Shown: positions 47,798-57,447 of the stretch, piece after piece
How the letters are laid out: every line of letters begins with the position of its first letter
How positions within the stretch are numbered: position 1 is the first letter of the stretch
Source of the DNA: a virus
Lineage: Duplodnaviria; Caudoviricetes
Length of the DNA stretch: 57,447 bases
Virus record (IMG/VR): IMGVR_UViG_3300012931_000003
Location: 1-57,447 of that record
Direction: 5' to 3' (one strand)
The notes under the pieces: model-generated
Database searches by the model: none
What the model saw: only the letters and a program-made list of their open reading frames with translations
Told to the model about the DNA's origin: nothing
Position numbers and translations under genes: made by a program

Positions 47798-50700
47798 TGA
47801 GCATACTTGGTGATTGGGTAGCCAGAATAATAATAGACCACTCTAAAGTTTCACCGGCATTAGCGTCATCGGAACGCAGGTGGGATGAATACTACAAATT
47901 TATAGAAAGAAGAGATAAAAAACAGTTCGACATAACAAAAAAGTCGCTTGAAGATATTACTGGTATAAGGGTATCCTCTGCTGCGCAGGCTAAGACTCAG
48001 ATAAGTTCGTTGTCCGCCGTTGAGAAAAAAGCTGTAGATTCAAGAATAAAAGATTTATCTCGCGCTGAGGCCGCATACAATAGGCAAATAAAATTAGTAT
48101 CAGATTTACGACTGAAGATGCTTTCATACGCATCTGTAGCCATAACAATACCCGTCACATTCCTTGCAAAAAAGGCGATACAAGATTTTACTGAATTTCA
48201 GCAGGCTCTTCAGAATATAAAAGCAGTAATCGGAGCCACTGCATCAGACATGGTGCTATTGACCGACACAGCAATAAATCTATCTGAGAAATTCGCGACA
48301 TCTCCTACCAACATAGCAAAAGCAATGTTCGAGCTTGGGCAGGCTGGTCTTGACGCGATAGAAATATACCATGAACTTCCTTCTGTATTGCAACTATCTG
48401 CGGCAGGATTGAAAGATGTTGGATTTACCGCAAATCTTATAACAACCACACTTCAGGCATTTCAGATGGAATCAACTGAAGCGTCAAAAGTTGCAGACGT
48501 ATTTTCGTCATCAAATGCGAAGTCAGTATCTTCTCTTGACAAATTAAATGCTTCACTAAAATATACAGCCGGTCTTTGGTCTTCAATGGGATGGACTCTT
48601 GAAGATCTTGTTGGAACTCTTGATACTCTTTATGACACCGGAGTTCGCGGTGAAAAGGCAGGACGACTTCTTGCAAGTGCAATAAACGGCCTTCAGAAAC
48701 CATCAAAGTCAGCATCAAAAGCAATAACAAATTTGCTTGGTTATGCAGACGCCCTAAGCCCACAGTTTAATGACATAACTCAGATAATCGAAAAACTATC
48801 AAGGGCAAACGCTGACGCTGGGGACATAGTAAAAATATTTGGAAAAGAGTCTGCTGAAGTAATAAATAGGCTTGTGCAAAATTACTCAGTGTTAGGTGAA
48901 AATATCGCAGAGGTTTCAAATCAGACTGGTGCCACGGCATCCCAGGCAGCAGTACAGCTAGATACACTTGGTAAGAGGGCTGATGTTCTTCGAGTGGTAT
49001 TTGGTAATATATCAAAAGAAACTGTTGGGGTTTTCGAACCAGCAATGAAGGATATTGTAAATTCGCTAATATCATTTGGGCAAACCATAGCAAAGTTACC
49101 CTCCCCGGTCAAAGCATTTATAGCATCATTTGCTTTAATATCAACTGCCTCGATTCCGGTTATATTAGCAATAAATAGCATTGCTGCCGCTGCCGCAACG
49201 GCCGGGCTAACAATGTCTGCTTTTGTTGGAGCTATAGCACTCGCCGTCGCTCCAGTCGCTGCGTTTGCTGTAGTAGCAGGCGGCCTCGCATCTACATATT
49301 CAACAATAAGAAAGGCTCAGGAAGATTGGGGAAAATCAGTAATATCCTCAGTGTCGGAACTTTCCAAGCAGGGTAAGTCAATAGACTCATTAACCAAATC
49401 TTTAAATGATTTATTCAGCACCGGAAAGAACACACAGGAATTAAAGTCGGGATTAGAAGAGCTGGCTAATGTATTCCCAAAATTAAGAGATCAGCTTAAC
49501 AAAAATTCATCTGATACTGCGTCAGCAATTAGTGTACTTAATAGCGAATATGCTAAATTAAAGAAAATGCAGGCAGATATATCAAAAAACACAGTGCTTG
49601 GAGACTCTGCGACAAAACTAGAAGAAAGTATATTAAGATCTAAGCAAAAGATATCAGAACTTGATGCCGAACTTGCAGCATTAAAATCTAAGAGATATTT
49701 CTCAGAAATACAAACTGGTTTGAATGCTATAGGAAAAGGCGATCTCGCATCGACGTTTGAGACATTTGCTTTTAATTTAAGAAATGGAAAATTAAATTTG
49801 CAAGATATGATTAAAACAATAAGTAACAGTCCGGCTTCTACCATAATGCGTAGATGGGTAGAAGAAGTAGAATCTGTGTCTTCTGAGGCGCAGGAGGCTA
49901 GGTTAAATCTTACTAGGCTTACTACTGGGAAATATAATGTAAAAGTTTCTGTTGACAATAAGGATCTTTCAACGCTTGAGCGTGTAGTTGATATATATGA
50001 TGATATAGAAGGACGAGTAGTAAATGCAAAATTTAAGCTTAGTATGGAGAACGCAAGCGCTGAAGAGTCTGGAGAAACTATAGCAAAAGCAATATCCGAT
50101 GCTATTGGTGATTCTCTTGAGGATATAGTAATAGGCGATCAGCTTGACATGCAACGTCTTGGAATACTTCCAAAAGAAGGAGAAATAACAAACGCATATA
50201 AAACTGAATATGAGAAAATGTTGGCTGCCGTTAAGTCGGAAATAGCAAAGAATGGAATAAACTGGTGGGACACATTTAAATCTAATGTTCAGTCGGGTTC
50301 ATTCCAGAAAATAAAAGATGATATGTCTGCGATACAAGGATTGCAGAATGATATACGGATACTTCAGGACGTTATCACTCTTAGTGGAGAAAAGGGCGAC
50401 GCAAAAGCTTCGGCTTCAATATCAGAAAAAGAAAAAAAACTTGCTCAACTACAGACTAGGTATAAAAACCTATGGTCGGTTGAGGAATCTCAACTTACAT
50501 CTGAAGAAAAAGCCACAAAAAATATGATAACATTCTACGCTGTTATGACTGGAAGCATCGATGATATAACAGGGAAGCTTAAAGAGAATAATGATTGGTG
50601 GAAAACAATAATAAATAACATATCAGGAATGATTGATCTTCTTAATGGTAAGGGAAAATCAGGAGATAAAGATTACATAACGTCACTTAATAAACAATTG

Positions 50701-53049
50701 TCAGAGCTTAGATCTGGATCTGGAAGTGCCGTCAATGAGCTTATGGGTCTTGCGTCAGCTTTAAAGTCAGCGCTATCACAAAGCCCTGAGTTCGCAGGAA
50801 AAGACGAAATACTTAATGTTGAGGAAATATTTAAGCAGCTTGTAATAATAGTTGAAGAAACATATTCAAGTTTATTAAAGCAATTGGGAATAGAGCTACC
50901 CGTTCAAAGCTTTATAAATGCATCTAACAAAGCATCAATACTTAGAACTACTCTTGTTGGACTTAGAGATTCGTCGGAGGCTAATAGTACAGCGTTTAAG
51001 ATATTGCAGAAATCAATAGAAGACCTTGATAAATCAATGCTTGATTTAAAAGGATCGTCTGGAGCTATTTCTAAATTTGATTATGATGCAAGTAAATTCA
51101 AAAATGAATTTGACGAAAAGAAAAAGTCTGTATTAGATTTTCAATTAGCATTAGATTCATTTAATGCTAATAATTTTGAAAAATCTTTATATGTTATAGA
51201 AAACATAGACCCGGAAAAAGGGCTTCCAGAGCTATCTGAAAATATAGATGAAAGCAAATTTAGTGGATTGGCTAGGGCGTTTAGGCAATTGTCAATTGCC
51301 GAGCAAGACGTTAATAATAAAGCATCTGAGTATAAAAAATATTTAGATGATGGCGCCATAAGCATTGAAGAATATGAAGCAGAATTGTCAAAATTAAATA
51401 TTTTGTTAGAAATGATAAAAAATAAAAAAAAGATTAATCTTGAATTATCAATAAGCAGCATCACAAATGTAATATCATCAATAGGTGATATAGCATCAAG
51501 TTTTGACGACATGATTGAAACACTGTCTGATGGAGATTCAGAAATATCTGATATAGCCGAATCAATAGGTGGATCTATAACATCCATAGGTACTGCCATA
51601 GGATTAATATCTGGACCAATAGGCGGAATAATAGCTCTAGCCGGAATTGCCGTATCTGTTATTGGATCTATATTCGGCATATTTGAGGAAGAGGCTGCCG
51701 ATAGCTCGGAAGAAGTTGCTAGTAAATTTTCAACCACTCTAATGGACGCAGTAAAAGCCGCTGCGGAGGAAATGGAAGATGGATATAAAAGCGTTGGCCA
51801 GCAGTTAGGAGAATATATAAATGATGGCATGTCAGACGGACTTGATTTATCAAGCGATGACATGATACTTGCATTTAAGAAGTATTTGTACCAGATGATT
51901 TCGACCGCCTTGATAACGGCGTCTGGATTTGAAGATGAAATAGCAGAAATAGCAGAAGATTTATGGAATGCATTGTCTCCAGGTTCCGTACAGGCAGCAC
52001 AAATAAAAGCAACTCTTGAGAATTTATACGATGAAATAGATTCTGACGGTAGATTTGATCCACTAGAAGAAATGATATCTGGTCTGGTTGAATTACAAAA
52101 TACAATGGACACCACAACTAACAAATCGTCAACTACATATAAAAACGCAGCTGAGGCGTATGAGAAATTATATAAACAGATGATGAGTTTCATAAGCTCC
52201 CAGGCTACCAGCACCGAAGAATTAAATGAAATATCATTAATTGTTTCTAAAATATTATCTTTAGAGGATGAATTAGATGAACTTGATCTTGGAATTACAG
52301 GGGGACTTGACGATGAGGCAATATCAGAGGCGAGTGATGCAATAGATGAATACGCATTGTTAATATCAGAACTGGCAGATTCTCTAGGCTTGTCTTCAGA
52401 ATCTATATCTAGCAGCATAAGTGAAATATCTGATTCTTTGACTGAAACGCTGACAGATGCGATACTGCAAGGTTCATTTGCTGATTTCAAAGAGGCTGTT
52501 TATAACCAAATAGTAAGTTCTATAACAAGCGCTATAGTAGAATCTGAGTTGATATCAACGAGAATACAGGCACTCGTTGATTCGATAGTAAGTGCAGGAA
52601 CTGGTTTTTCATCATCTGACGCTAATTCAATATTAGAGGAAATAAGAAGCATTTGGGCAGAAGTTACAGATGAAAATACGCCGCTAGGCTCAGTAATGAT
52701 GGGACTGAGAGACGCATTGGCCGATTTCGGTCTTTTGGAAATAAGTGTTAATTCTGGAACTGTGGTAAGCGCTATACCGTCTGACGTTCGCGATGATTTG
52801 ATAGAAGCCATTGAGGGCACTATGGAATCTTTATCACAGGCTATAGCGGAGGCTGGGCTAAACTCAAGCATAGAAACGGTAAACATAACTACAGCGCATA
52901 TAGCTCAAATGATTGCAAGCACTGTGTCAATAGCACAGGCAAATCTCACACTAACCGGGAGTATGATATTTCAATTGTCTAGTGGCGAATCCATTGCCGA
53001 TTGGATGGAAAATTGGATGGAAGATTATCTTGCTAGGAGTTCTCCATAA
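47797..53049 (+). CDS. Tape measure protein (TP901-type core)
   Basis: 1750 aa, helical; AMFELGQAG, VADVF, GVRGEKAG motifs; hydrophobic segments. Confidence 0.92.
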   Translation: MSILGDWVARIIIDHSKVSPALASSERRWDEYYKFIERRDKKQFDITKKSLEDITGIRVSSAAQAKTQISSLSAVEKKAVDSRIKDLSRAEAAYNRQIKLVSDLRLKMLSYASVAITIPVTFLAKKAIQDFTEFQQALQNIKAVIGATASDMVLLTDTAINLSEKFATSPTNIAKAMFELGQAGLDAIEIYHELPSVLQLSAAGLKDVGFTANLITTTLQAFQMESTEASKVADVFSSSNAKSVSSLDKLNASLKYTAGLWSSMGWTLEDLVGTLDTLYDTGVRGEKAGRLLASAINGLQKPSKSASKAITNLLGYADALSPQFNDITQIIEKLSRANADAGDIVKIFGKESAEVINRLVQNYSVLGENIAEVSNQTGATASQAAVQLDTLGKRADVLRVVFGNISKETVGVFEPAMKDIVNSLISFGQTIAKLPSPVKAFIASFALISTASIPVILAINSIAAAAATAGLTMSAFVGAIALAVAPVAAFAVVAGGLASTYSTIRKAQEDWGKSVISSVSELSKQGKSIDSLTKSLNDLFSTGKNTQELKSGLEELANVFPKLRDQLNKNSSDTASAISVLNSEYAKLKKMQADISKNTVLGDSATKLEESILRSKQKISELDAELAALKSKRYFSEIQTGLNAIGKGDLASTFETFAFNLRNGKLNLQDMIKTISNSPASTIMRRWVEEVESVSSEAQEARLNLTRLTTGKYNVKVSVDNKDLSTLERVVDIYDDIEGRVVNAKFKLSMENASAEESGETIAKAISDAIGDSLEDIVIGDQLDMQRLGILPKEGEITNAYKTEYEKMLAAVKSEIAKNGINWWDTFKSNVQSGSFQKIKDDMSAIQGLQNDIRILQDVITLSGEKGDAKASASISEKEKKLAQLQTRYKNLWSVEESQLTSEEKATKNMITFYAVMTGSIDDITGKLKENNDWWKTIINNISGMIDLLNGKGKSGDKDYITSLNKQLSELRSGSGSAVNELMGLASALKSALSQSPEFAGKDEILNVEEIFKQLVIIVEETYSSLLKQLGIELPVQSFINASNKASILRTTLVGLRDSSEANSTAFKILQKSIEDLDKSMLDLKGSSGAISKFDYDASKFKNEFDEKKKSVLDFQLALDSFNANNFEKSLYVIENIDPEKGLPELSENIDESKFSGLARAFRQLSIAEQDVNNKASEYKKYLDDGAISIEEYEAELSKLNILLEMIKNKKKINLELSISSITNVISSIGDIASSFDDMIETLSDGDSEISDIAESIGGSITSIGTAIGLISGPIGGIIALAGIAVSVIGSIFGIFEEEAADSSEEVASKFSTTLMDAVKAAAEEMEDGYKSVGQQLGEYINDGMSDGLDLSSDDMILAFKKYLYQMISTALITASGFEDEIAEIAEDLWNALSPGSVQAAQIKATLENLYDEIDSDGRFDPLEEMISGLVELQNTMDTTTNKSSTTYKNAAEAYEKLYKQMMSFISSQATSTEELNEISLIVSKILSLEDELDELDLGITGGLDDEAISEASDAIDEYALLISELADSLGLSSESISSSISEISDSLTETLTDAILQGSFADFKEAVYNQIVSSITSAIVESELISTRIQALVDSIVSAGTGFSSSDANSILEEIRSIWAEVTDENTPLGSVMMGLRDALADFGLLEISVNSGTVVSAIPSDVRDDLIEAIEGTMESLSQAIAEAGLNSSIETVNITTAHIAQMIASTVSIAQANLTLTGSMIFQLSSGESIADWMENWMEDYLARSSP

Positions 53050-53843
53050 TGAAAGTATCAAGCGATAGAATTAATTGGACCGCTCTTGGAAATTGGTACG
53101 ATGCAAATAGATCGGTATTTGCAATGAATTCAGAAGTAACTAAATTTATAGATACACAGAAAACCATAACAAAATCTGGATATAAAATGATATCGGAAAA
53201 GCATACACTTGAAAGCAGGGTAATAAACGTATCTGGGCAAATAATAGGTGATGACATAGAAGATTGCAGGGAGAAATCACGAGAGACTAGGGTTTTATTA
53301 CTTGGAGAATCCAAGTATTTTCTTGATGAATATTACAACATGGTTGCTTACGGCTCAGTGTCAAATATAAATGATTCAATCTCAAGGGGTGAATACAACG
53401 GCAGAGTAAATCTAATAAATTTTAATATATCAATGGCTGACCCATTTTGGCAAACGTTGGATAGGCTATCATATGATTTCGACGCTCTTGATCCAATAGA
53501 AATAGACTATGATACGTTAGGAGCTGTAAATACTGATTATAAATTAATATTAACATGCAATACCGCATCAATACCAGTTACATCAATAATTCCAAGCCTT
53601 ATTGTCTTGTCATCTCCAATAACGCTGAACTCCGGAGATAAACTAATATTTTCAAGTGAGGGAAGTTCATTCACCGCGTCGTCGATAATAGGAGGGGTCA
53701 CTACAAACATACTTGGACTAGTAGGAGATGCATTCTTCTCATCTGGAATGGTATTGACCCCTGGCGACAACACGATCATACTGAACACCAGTATAGATGA
53801 TTACTTTTCTTCCAATGTGTCATTTTACGGGAGATCTATATGA
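53049..53843 (+). CDS. Distal tail protein (Dit-like)
   Basis: Follows TMP; SRVINVSG, ADPFW, LTPGDNTI motifs. Confidence 0.7.
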   Translation: MKVSSDRINWTALGNWYDANRSVFAMNSEVTKFIDTQKTITKSGYKMISEKHTLESRVINVSGQIIGDDIEDCREKSRETRVLLLGESKYFLDEYYNMVAYGSVSNINDSISRGEYNGRVNLINFNISMADPFWQTLDRLSYDFDALDPIEIDYDTLGAVNTDYKLILTCNTASIPVTSIIPSLIVLSSPITLNSGDKLIFSSEGSSFTASSIIGGVTTNILGLVGDAFFSSGMVLTPGDNTIILNTSIDDYFSSNVSFYGRSI

Positions 53844-54226
53844 GCGTAATGAGCGATTTAATATTTGCAATTCCAAATATAGTAACGCAAAAGGACCCGT
53901 CAGAATCAATAGGAGCCGCTTCTGTAATATACGAAGGATTCTACAAGCCTCTTGAATCATGGGTTGTAACAGATGATGAACCCACAATCTCAGACATTTC
54001 GTGCTACTCTCACATGATAGTAAGATGCTATTCATATTCTGGATTCGACATGCTAAGACAATACATAGAGGATCTTTTATTCTTTAATATATTGCACAAA
54101 ATAAGTTCATTAACATCTGATAAGTATTCAGACATACTTGAGTCAATAAAATTGAAATGGACTTCAAAATATTCATTCCTGGAGATAGATGCTTATCACA
54201 CGTTTGCGTCTATAGAGGCAGAATAA
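53840..54226 (+). CDS. Hypothetical tail-region protein
   Basis: ATGA overlap with Dit; abuts the next ORF. Confidence 0.55.
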   Translation: MSVMSDLIFAIPNIVTQKDPSESIGAASVIYEGFYKPLESWVVTDDEPTISDISCYSHMIVRCYSYSGFDMLRQYIEDLLFFNILHKISSLTSDKYSDILESIKLKWTSKYSFLEIDAYHTFASIEAE

Positions 54227-57200
54227 ATGATTGTCGCTAAGCTGTATACTGTAAATAAAGAATTCATAGATGCAGTTCCTTGCGTATCGCTTAAATGGAC
54301 AAGACAATCGAACAAAGAATATACATTTACGGTGGAATTCTCATCTAAACCACCGGACAATTTTTACTATGTTGTATGCATAGATCAGGATTCTTCTATA
54401 AAGTTTATACCATCTGGGTATGTAGCGTCTTCTAGTTCTGACACTGAATTTACCATGAATTCATGGGAAACAGCTCTTGAATCAGAGGGGTGGATTCCAG
54501 ACGATTGGGAGTGGTGGGATTCAAAATTACTATCAACAGTAATAGCAGATCATTGCTACGGATTTAGGAAGATTGGGTGCGCGGGCCTTTCTCAATTAGA
54601 AGCTGCGGTATCGACGTCTCAGGTCCAGATGGCAGAAATTGACGACGGGAATGGATCTGTATATCTTGACACTTATGGATATTTTGTTGAAAGCAGCGAG
54701 ACCGAGATTGCCTATTATTCTTCAGGGTATGCAATATACAAGATAGAAATACCAGATGAAGCGAGAAGATCCGGGATGGTCCTCAGGTGGTCAGATAGCG
54801 TAGGGACTACTACTGACATATCAGTTCAATTCAGGTGGAGTGATTCTGCAACTGATTATTCCGGAGAGTATACCACTGAAGAGTCTCCAGCCAGAAGCGA
54901 TAATGTAAATCCAAACGAGACCGTAGGTATAGATATACCAGAAAGTTCGCTTGCATATTTATTCGTAAAGTTTAATTTGAAATATGATTCTGGCGAAGAC
55001 GGTGAAAATTACGAGAACGAGATAACGACAGAAGACGATATTGTTTATTACGGTAAAACACCGCTATTGTCAGCATTTGAAGTTATATACAGAGTGGCAA
55101 CGAGTGTAGTTCCAGGAACGATAACAGTCGATGCGACCCAAACACTCACTGCTGACATACATGATAAAAGCGACCTACTTGAATCTCTAAAGGCTATCGC
55201 AGAGGCTTATGATATATCATTTTTATGCACAATAGATAGCGAGGGCGAAATATCTCTGAATGCATATTCAGATTACGGTGACAATATAAGAGATACTGCT
55301 GGATGTTTATCGGACATAAAAAATGCTACTGTTTCCGATAAGACCGAGACGCTCGACATATATGAGGGTTGCCATTGTTTCGGATCTGGTGACGGCATAG
55401 ATAGACTTTATGCCTTCGTTAAAATGGACGGAGTTGACGTACCAAAAAGAATAACCACGTTTGAAGATGATGATATAACGAGTATAAGCGACTTGCAAAC
55501 AGCCGGATCGGAATATCTTGAAGACGAGAATTCTGTGAGTTCGACTGTTGCATTTGAGTATTACGGAACACCGCTAGTGTCACTACACGACAATGTTGCA
55601 ATATCAGTTCTTGGAACAGTGTATGAAAATAAAATATCTGAAGAATCTATAACATGCGATGACAATGGCGTAAGCACCAGAAAATACACAATAGGAACAA
55701 AAGCGTACCCATTCAGAAAGCTTTATGGATATTCATTCAGCGGAACATATCTGAAGACTCCGGTATCTCCATCTTGCGTTACAACTAAAGAGGTTGATGG
55801 GACATGGTACATATCATGGATAGGAACTGCGGATAGCTATCTAGTCGAATACAAAAGATCCGACGCTACTGTTTGGAGCAGGACGACAGTAACCACTAAT
55901 TATTGCATTGTTAGTAACATAGTTTCTGGCACGGAATACCTATTTAGGATATACTCAGTATTAGATGGGTTACTTAGCATCGCGTCTACTACTGTTTCGA
56001 CTGCTGGAAACTCAGAAGATCAATTAACTCCAGATGAAAAAACTCAGTATAGAATAGATTGGGTTAAAATAGCTTCTGAGGTTTCTGTATATGACGCCCT
56101 TGCCATAGAATACGGAATGACGGAAGAAAAAACAGCATACGATACATCATTCGCGAACCTTGCTAATTACCTAAACGGAGGGACTACGTGGGTATCCGGA
56201 ATTCCTTTGTGGCTGAGCGACGACCAATTGAACACGACAACTATTATAGATTACGATGTGTGGACATCGATGTGGACATCATACTCTAATTCGCTTATTG
56301 CTCTTGAAGAAGCAATAAGGCTTTTGTTTTCAATATCTATTTCAATAACATCTAAATCAGCAATAAGAAATAGAGCTGGAATAATATCTCCGTCTGCAAT
56401 ATCAGTATCTGCAATAAAAAGCGATGGATCTGTATACTCTGGAAGATTTATAATATCTGGAACTCCAGATGGAATAACGTACGTAGATTTATATTCATCT
56501 ACTACTGATGAATCTACAAAATTATATAATATTCCACTAAAATTAACAATAGAATCTGTAGAATACTACTCGCTGGCCATAAGAATAAGACTGTATAAGT
56601 CTGGAGGAACTTCAATAAAACTAGCAGAGGATTCATGCATAATATCACTAAGCCAAGATACAACGCCAATATATTTCGGATCTATGAATTCAGCTCCAAC
56701 TACAGGGCTTGAACTTGTTAATGATTATTACTTCGATTCTAATTTGGTTGGAAACGGAGGAGGAGTAATAAGATATTATAATGGATCGGTGTGGGTTGAA
56801 GCTACAACATCATGGGCCATGTATGCAAACGCTGTTTCGTCTGCAATGACGGATATGATGGTATGGGTTGGATCTACAGGAGGGACTATAGCTGCCGCAA
56901 ACGCTGTTTTTGAATCTATAGTAGCCTCGTCAGCATTTATAAATAAACTATCAACCGCAAATCAATATTCAGCCCAAATGTGCGATGATGGCATAACGCC
57001 AAGGATGGAAATTGATTGGGATAATGCTGTTGCTACATTCAGGAGTGGAGATCAGGAATACATAACAAAAATAACTGAAAATAAAATAATAGCATATGAG
57101 GGAGCAGGTCTTGCTAGAAGATCTGTTTCAATAGAGTCCGGCTCAGTTAACTGGTATAATTCTCCAGATGGCGGAATTGATGAGCTGATTGGTAGATTAT

Positions 57201-57447
57201 TTAGAAAGTCTGCTGGAGCTGGGCCAATATTAATGGAGGGCGATTTTCAGTATAAGATTGATTATGATATAGCCATTACTGATTTTTATGAAAGGACCAT
57301 ATCGGCAACGTCGAGAGACTGGCGTGGAGTCGCGTGGTCTCCGGAACTTGGGTTGTTTGTGATGACCGCATACGGCAGTACTGTTTGTGCAACATCCCCA
57401 GACGGAATAACATGGACTGAAAGGACCATATCGGCAACGTCGAGAAA
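54227..57447 (+). CDS. Large tail tip/receptor-binding protein, N-terminal part (Tal-like hub, FN3-like domain); continues through the junction into 1..1203, about 1435 aa in total
   Basis: ATG at 54227 follows the previous stop directly (MIVAKLYTVNKEFIDAVPC...). It is absent from the ORF track, consistent with having no stop in the window. 57332-54227=3105 is a multiple of 3. FN3-like segment ISWIGTADSYLVEYKRS...SGTEYLFRIYSV; position after TMP and Dit. Confidence 0.8.
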   Translation, partial: MIVAKLYTVNKEFIDAVPCVSLKWTRQSNKEYTFTVEFSSKPPDNFYYVVCIDQDSSIKFIPSGYVASSSSDTEFTMNSWETALESEGWIPDDWEWWDSKLLSTVIADHCYGFRKIGCAGLSQLEAAVSTSQVQMAEIDDGNGSVYLDTYGYFVESSETEIAYYSSGYAIYKIEIPDEARRSGMVLRWSDSVGTTTDISVQFRWSDSATDYSGEYTTEESPARSDNVNPNETVGIDIPESSLAYLFVKFNLKYDSGEDGENYENEITTEDDIVYYGKTPLLSAFEVIYRVATSVVPGTITVDATQTLTADIHDKSDLLESLKAIAEAYDISFLCTIDSEGEISLNAYSDYGDNIRDTAGCLSDIKNATVSDKTETLDIYEGCHCFGSGDGIDRLYAFVKMDGVDVPKRITTFEDDDITSISDLQTAGSEYLEDENSVSSTVAFEYYGTPLVSLHDNVAISVLGTVYENKISEESITCDDNGVSTRKYTIGTKAYPFRKLYGYSFSGTYLKTPVSPSCVTTKEVDGTWYISWIGTADSYLVEYKRSDATVWSRTTVTTNYCIVSNIVSGTEYLFRIYSVLDGLLSIASTTVSTAGNSEDQLTPDEKTQYRIDWVKIASEVSVYDALAIEYGMTEEKTAYDTSFANLANYLNGGTTWVSGIPLWLSDDQLNTTTIIDYDVWTSMWTSYSNSLIALEEAIRLLFSISISITSKSAIRNRAGIISPSAISVSAIKSDGSVYSGRFIISGTPDGITYVDLYSSTTDESTKLYNIPLKLTIESVEYYSLAIRIRLYKSGGTSIKLAEDSCIISLSQDTTPIYFGSMNSAPTTGLELVNDYYFDSNLVGNGGGVIRYYNGSVWVEATTSWAMYANAVSSAMTDMMVWVGSTGGTIAAANAVFESIVASSAFINKLSTANQYSAQMCDDGITPRMEIDWDNAVATFRSGDQEYITKITENKIIAYEGAGLARRSVSIESGSVNWYNSPDGGIDELIGRLFRKSAGAGPILMEGDFQYKIDYDIAITDFYERTISATSRDWRGVAWSPELGLFVMTAYGSTVCATSPDGITWTERTISATSR
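57332..57447. repeat. 116-bp terminal direct repeat identical to nt 1-116 (circular assembly overlap)
   Basis: 57332-57447 (gcgtggtctcc...cgagaaa) matches 1-116 base for base, and joining keeps the 54227 ORF in frame. Confidence 0.9.

Noticed and set aside
51141-52490. 449-aa antisense ORF within the tape measure gene (and similar shadow ORFs in SbcCD and the tail tube gene)
   Set aside because: Ser/Ile-rich mirror of the biased sense-strand codons; no independent signals.

Overview
The window is almost certainly a complete, circularly assembled tailed (siphovirus-like) phage genome of about 57.3 kb. The last 116 nt (57332-57447) repeat nt 1-116, and a large tail/receptor-binding ORF starting at 54227 reads in frame through the junction to 1203. 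Layout: lysis cassette (1.3-3.0 kb, +); accessory, nucleotide and DNA-metabolism arm (3.0-14.9 kb, -: SF2 helicase, HNH, ThyX, TopoVI-A/Toprim-like, DEDDh exonuclease, MazG-like, two YopX, C5-MTase-like); a + strand island of small genes (15.0-18.7 kb) bounded by repeat-rich non-coding DNA; a - strand arm with DnaB, a replication initiator, an SLT-like protein and an RNA cluster (tRNA-Ile2/Met CAU, tRNA-Ser UGA, about 500 nt of unassigned structured RNA); a + strand recombination block (SSB, fused SbcD-SbcC, N6-MTase, HJ resolvase); and a head-tail module (37.7 kb to the junction). I recognised no integrase, DNA polymerase, reverse transcriptase or CRISPR array. The SSB sequence suggests a spirochaete host (inference from recall). 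Best novelty candidates: the tRNA-linked structured RNA operon, a dual-frame spanin-like gene pair sharing one ribosome-binding site, an L,D-transpeptidase-fold endolysin candidate, a block-shuffled 7-repeat receptor-binding domain, and a putative pre-early island between arms of opposite GC skew. All family assignments come from motif recognition by eye; no database search or folding program was run.
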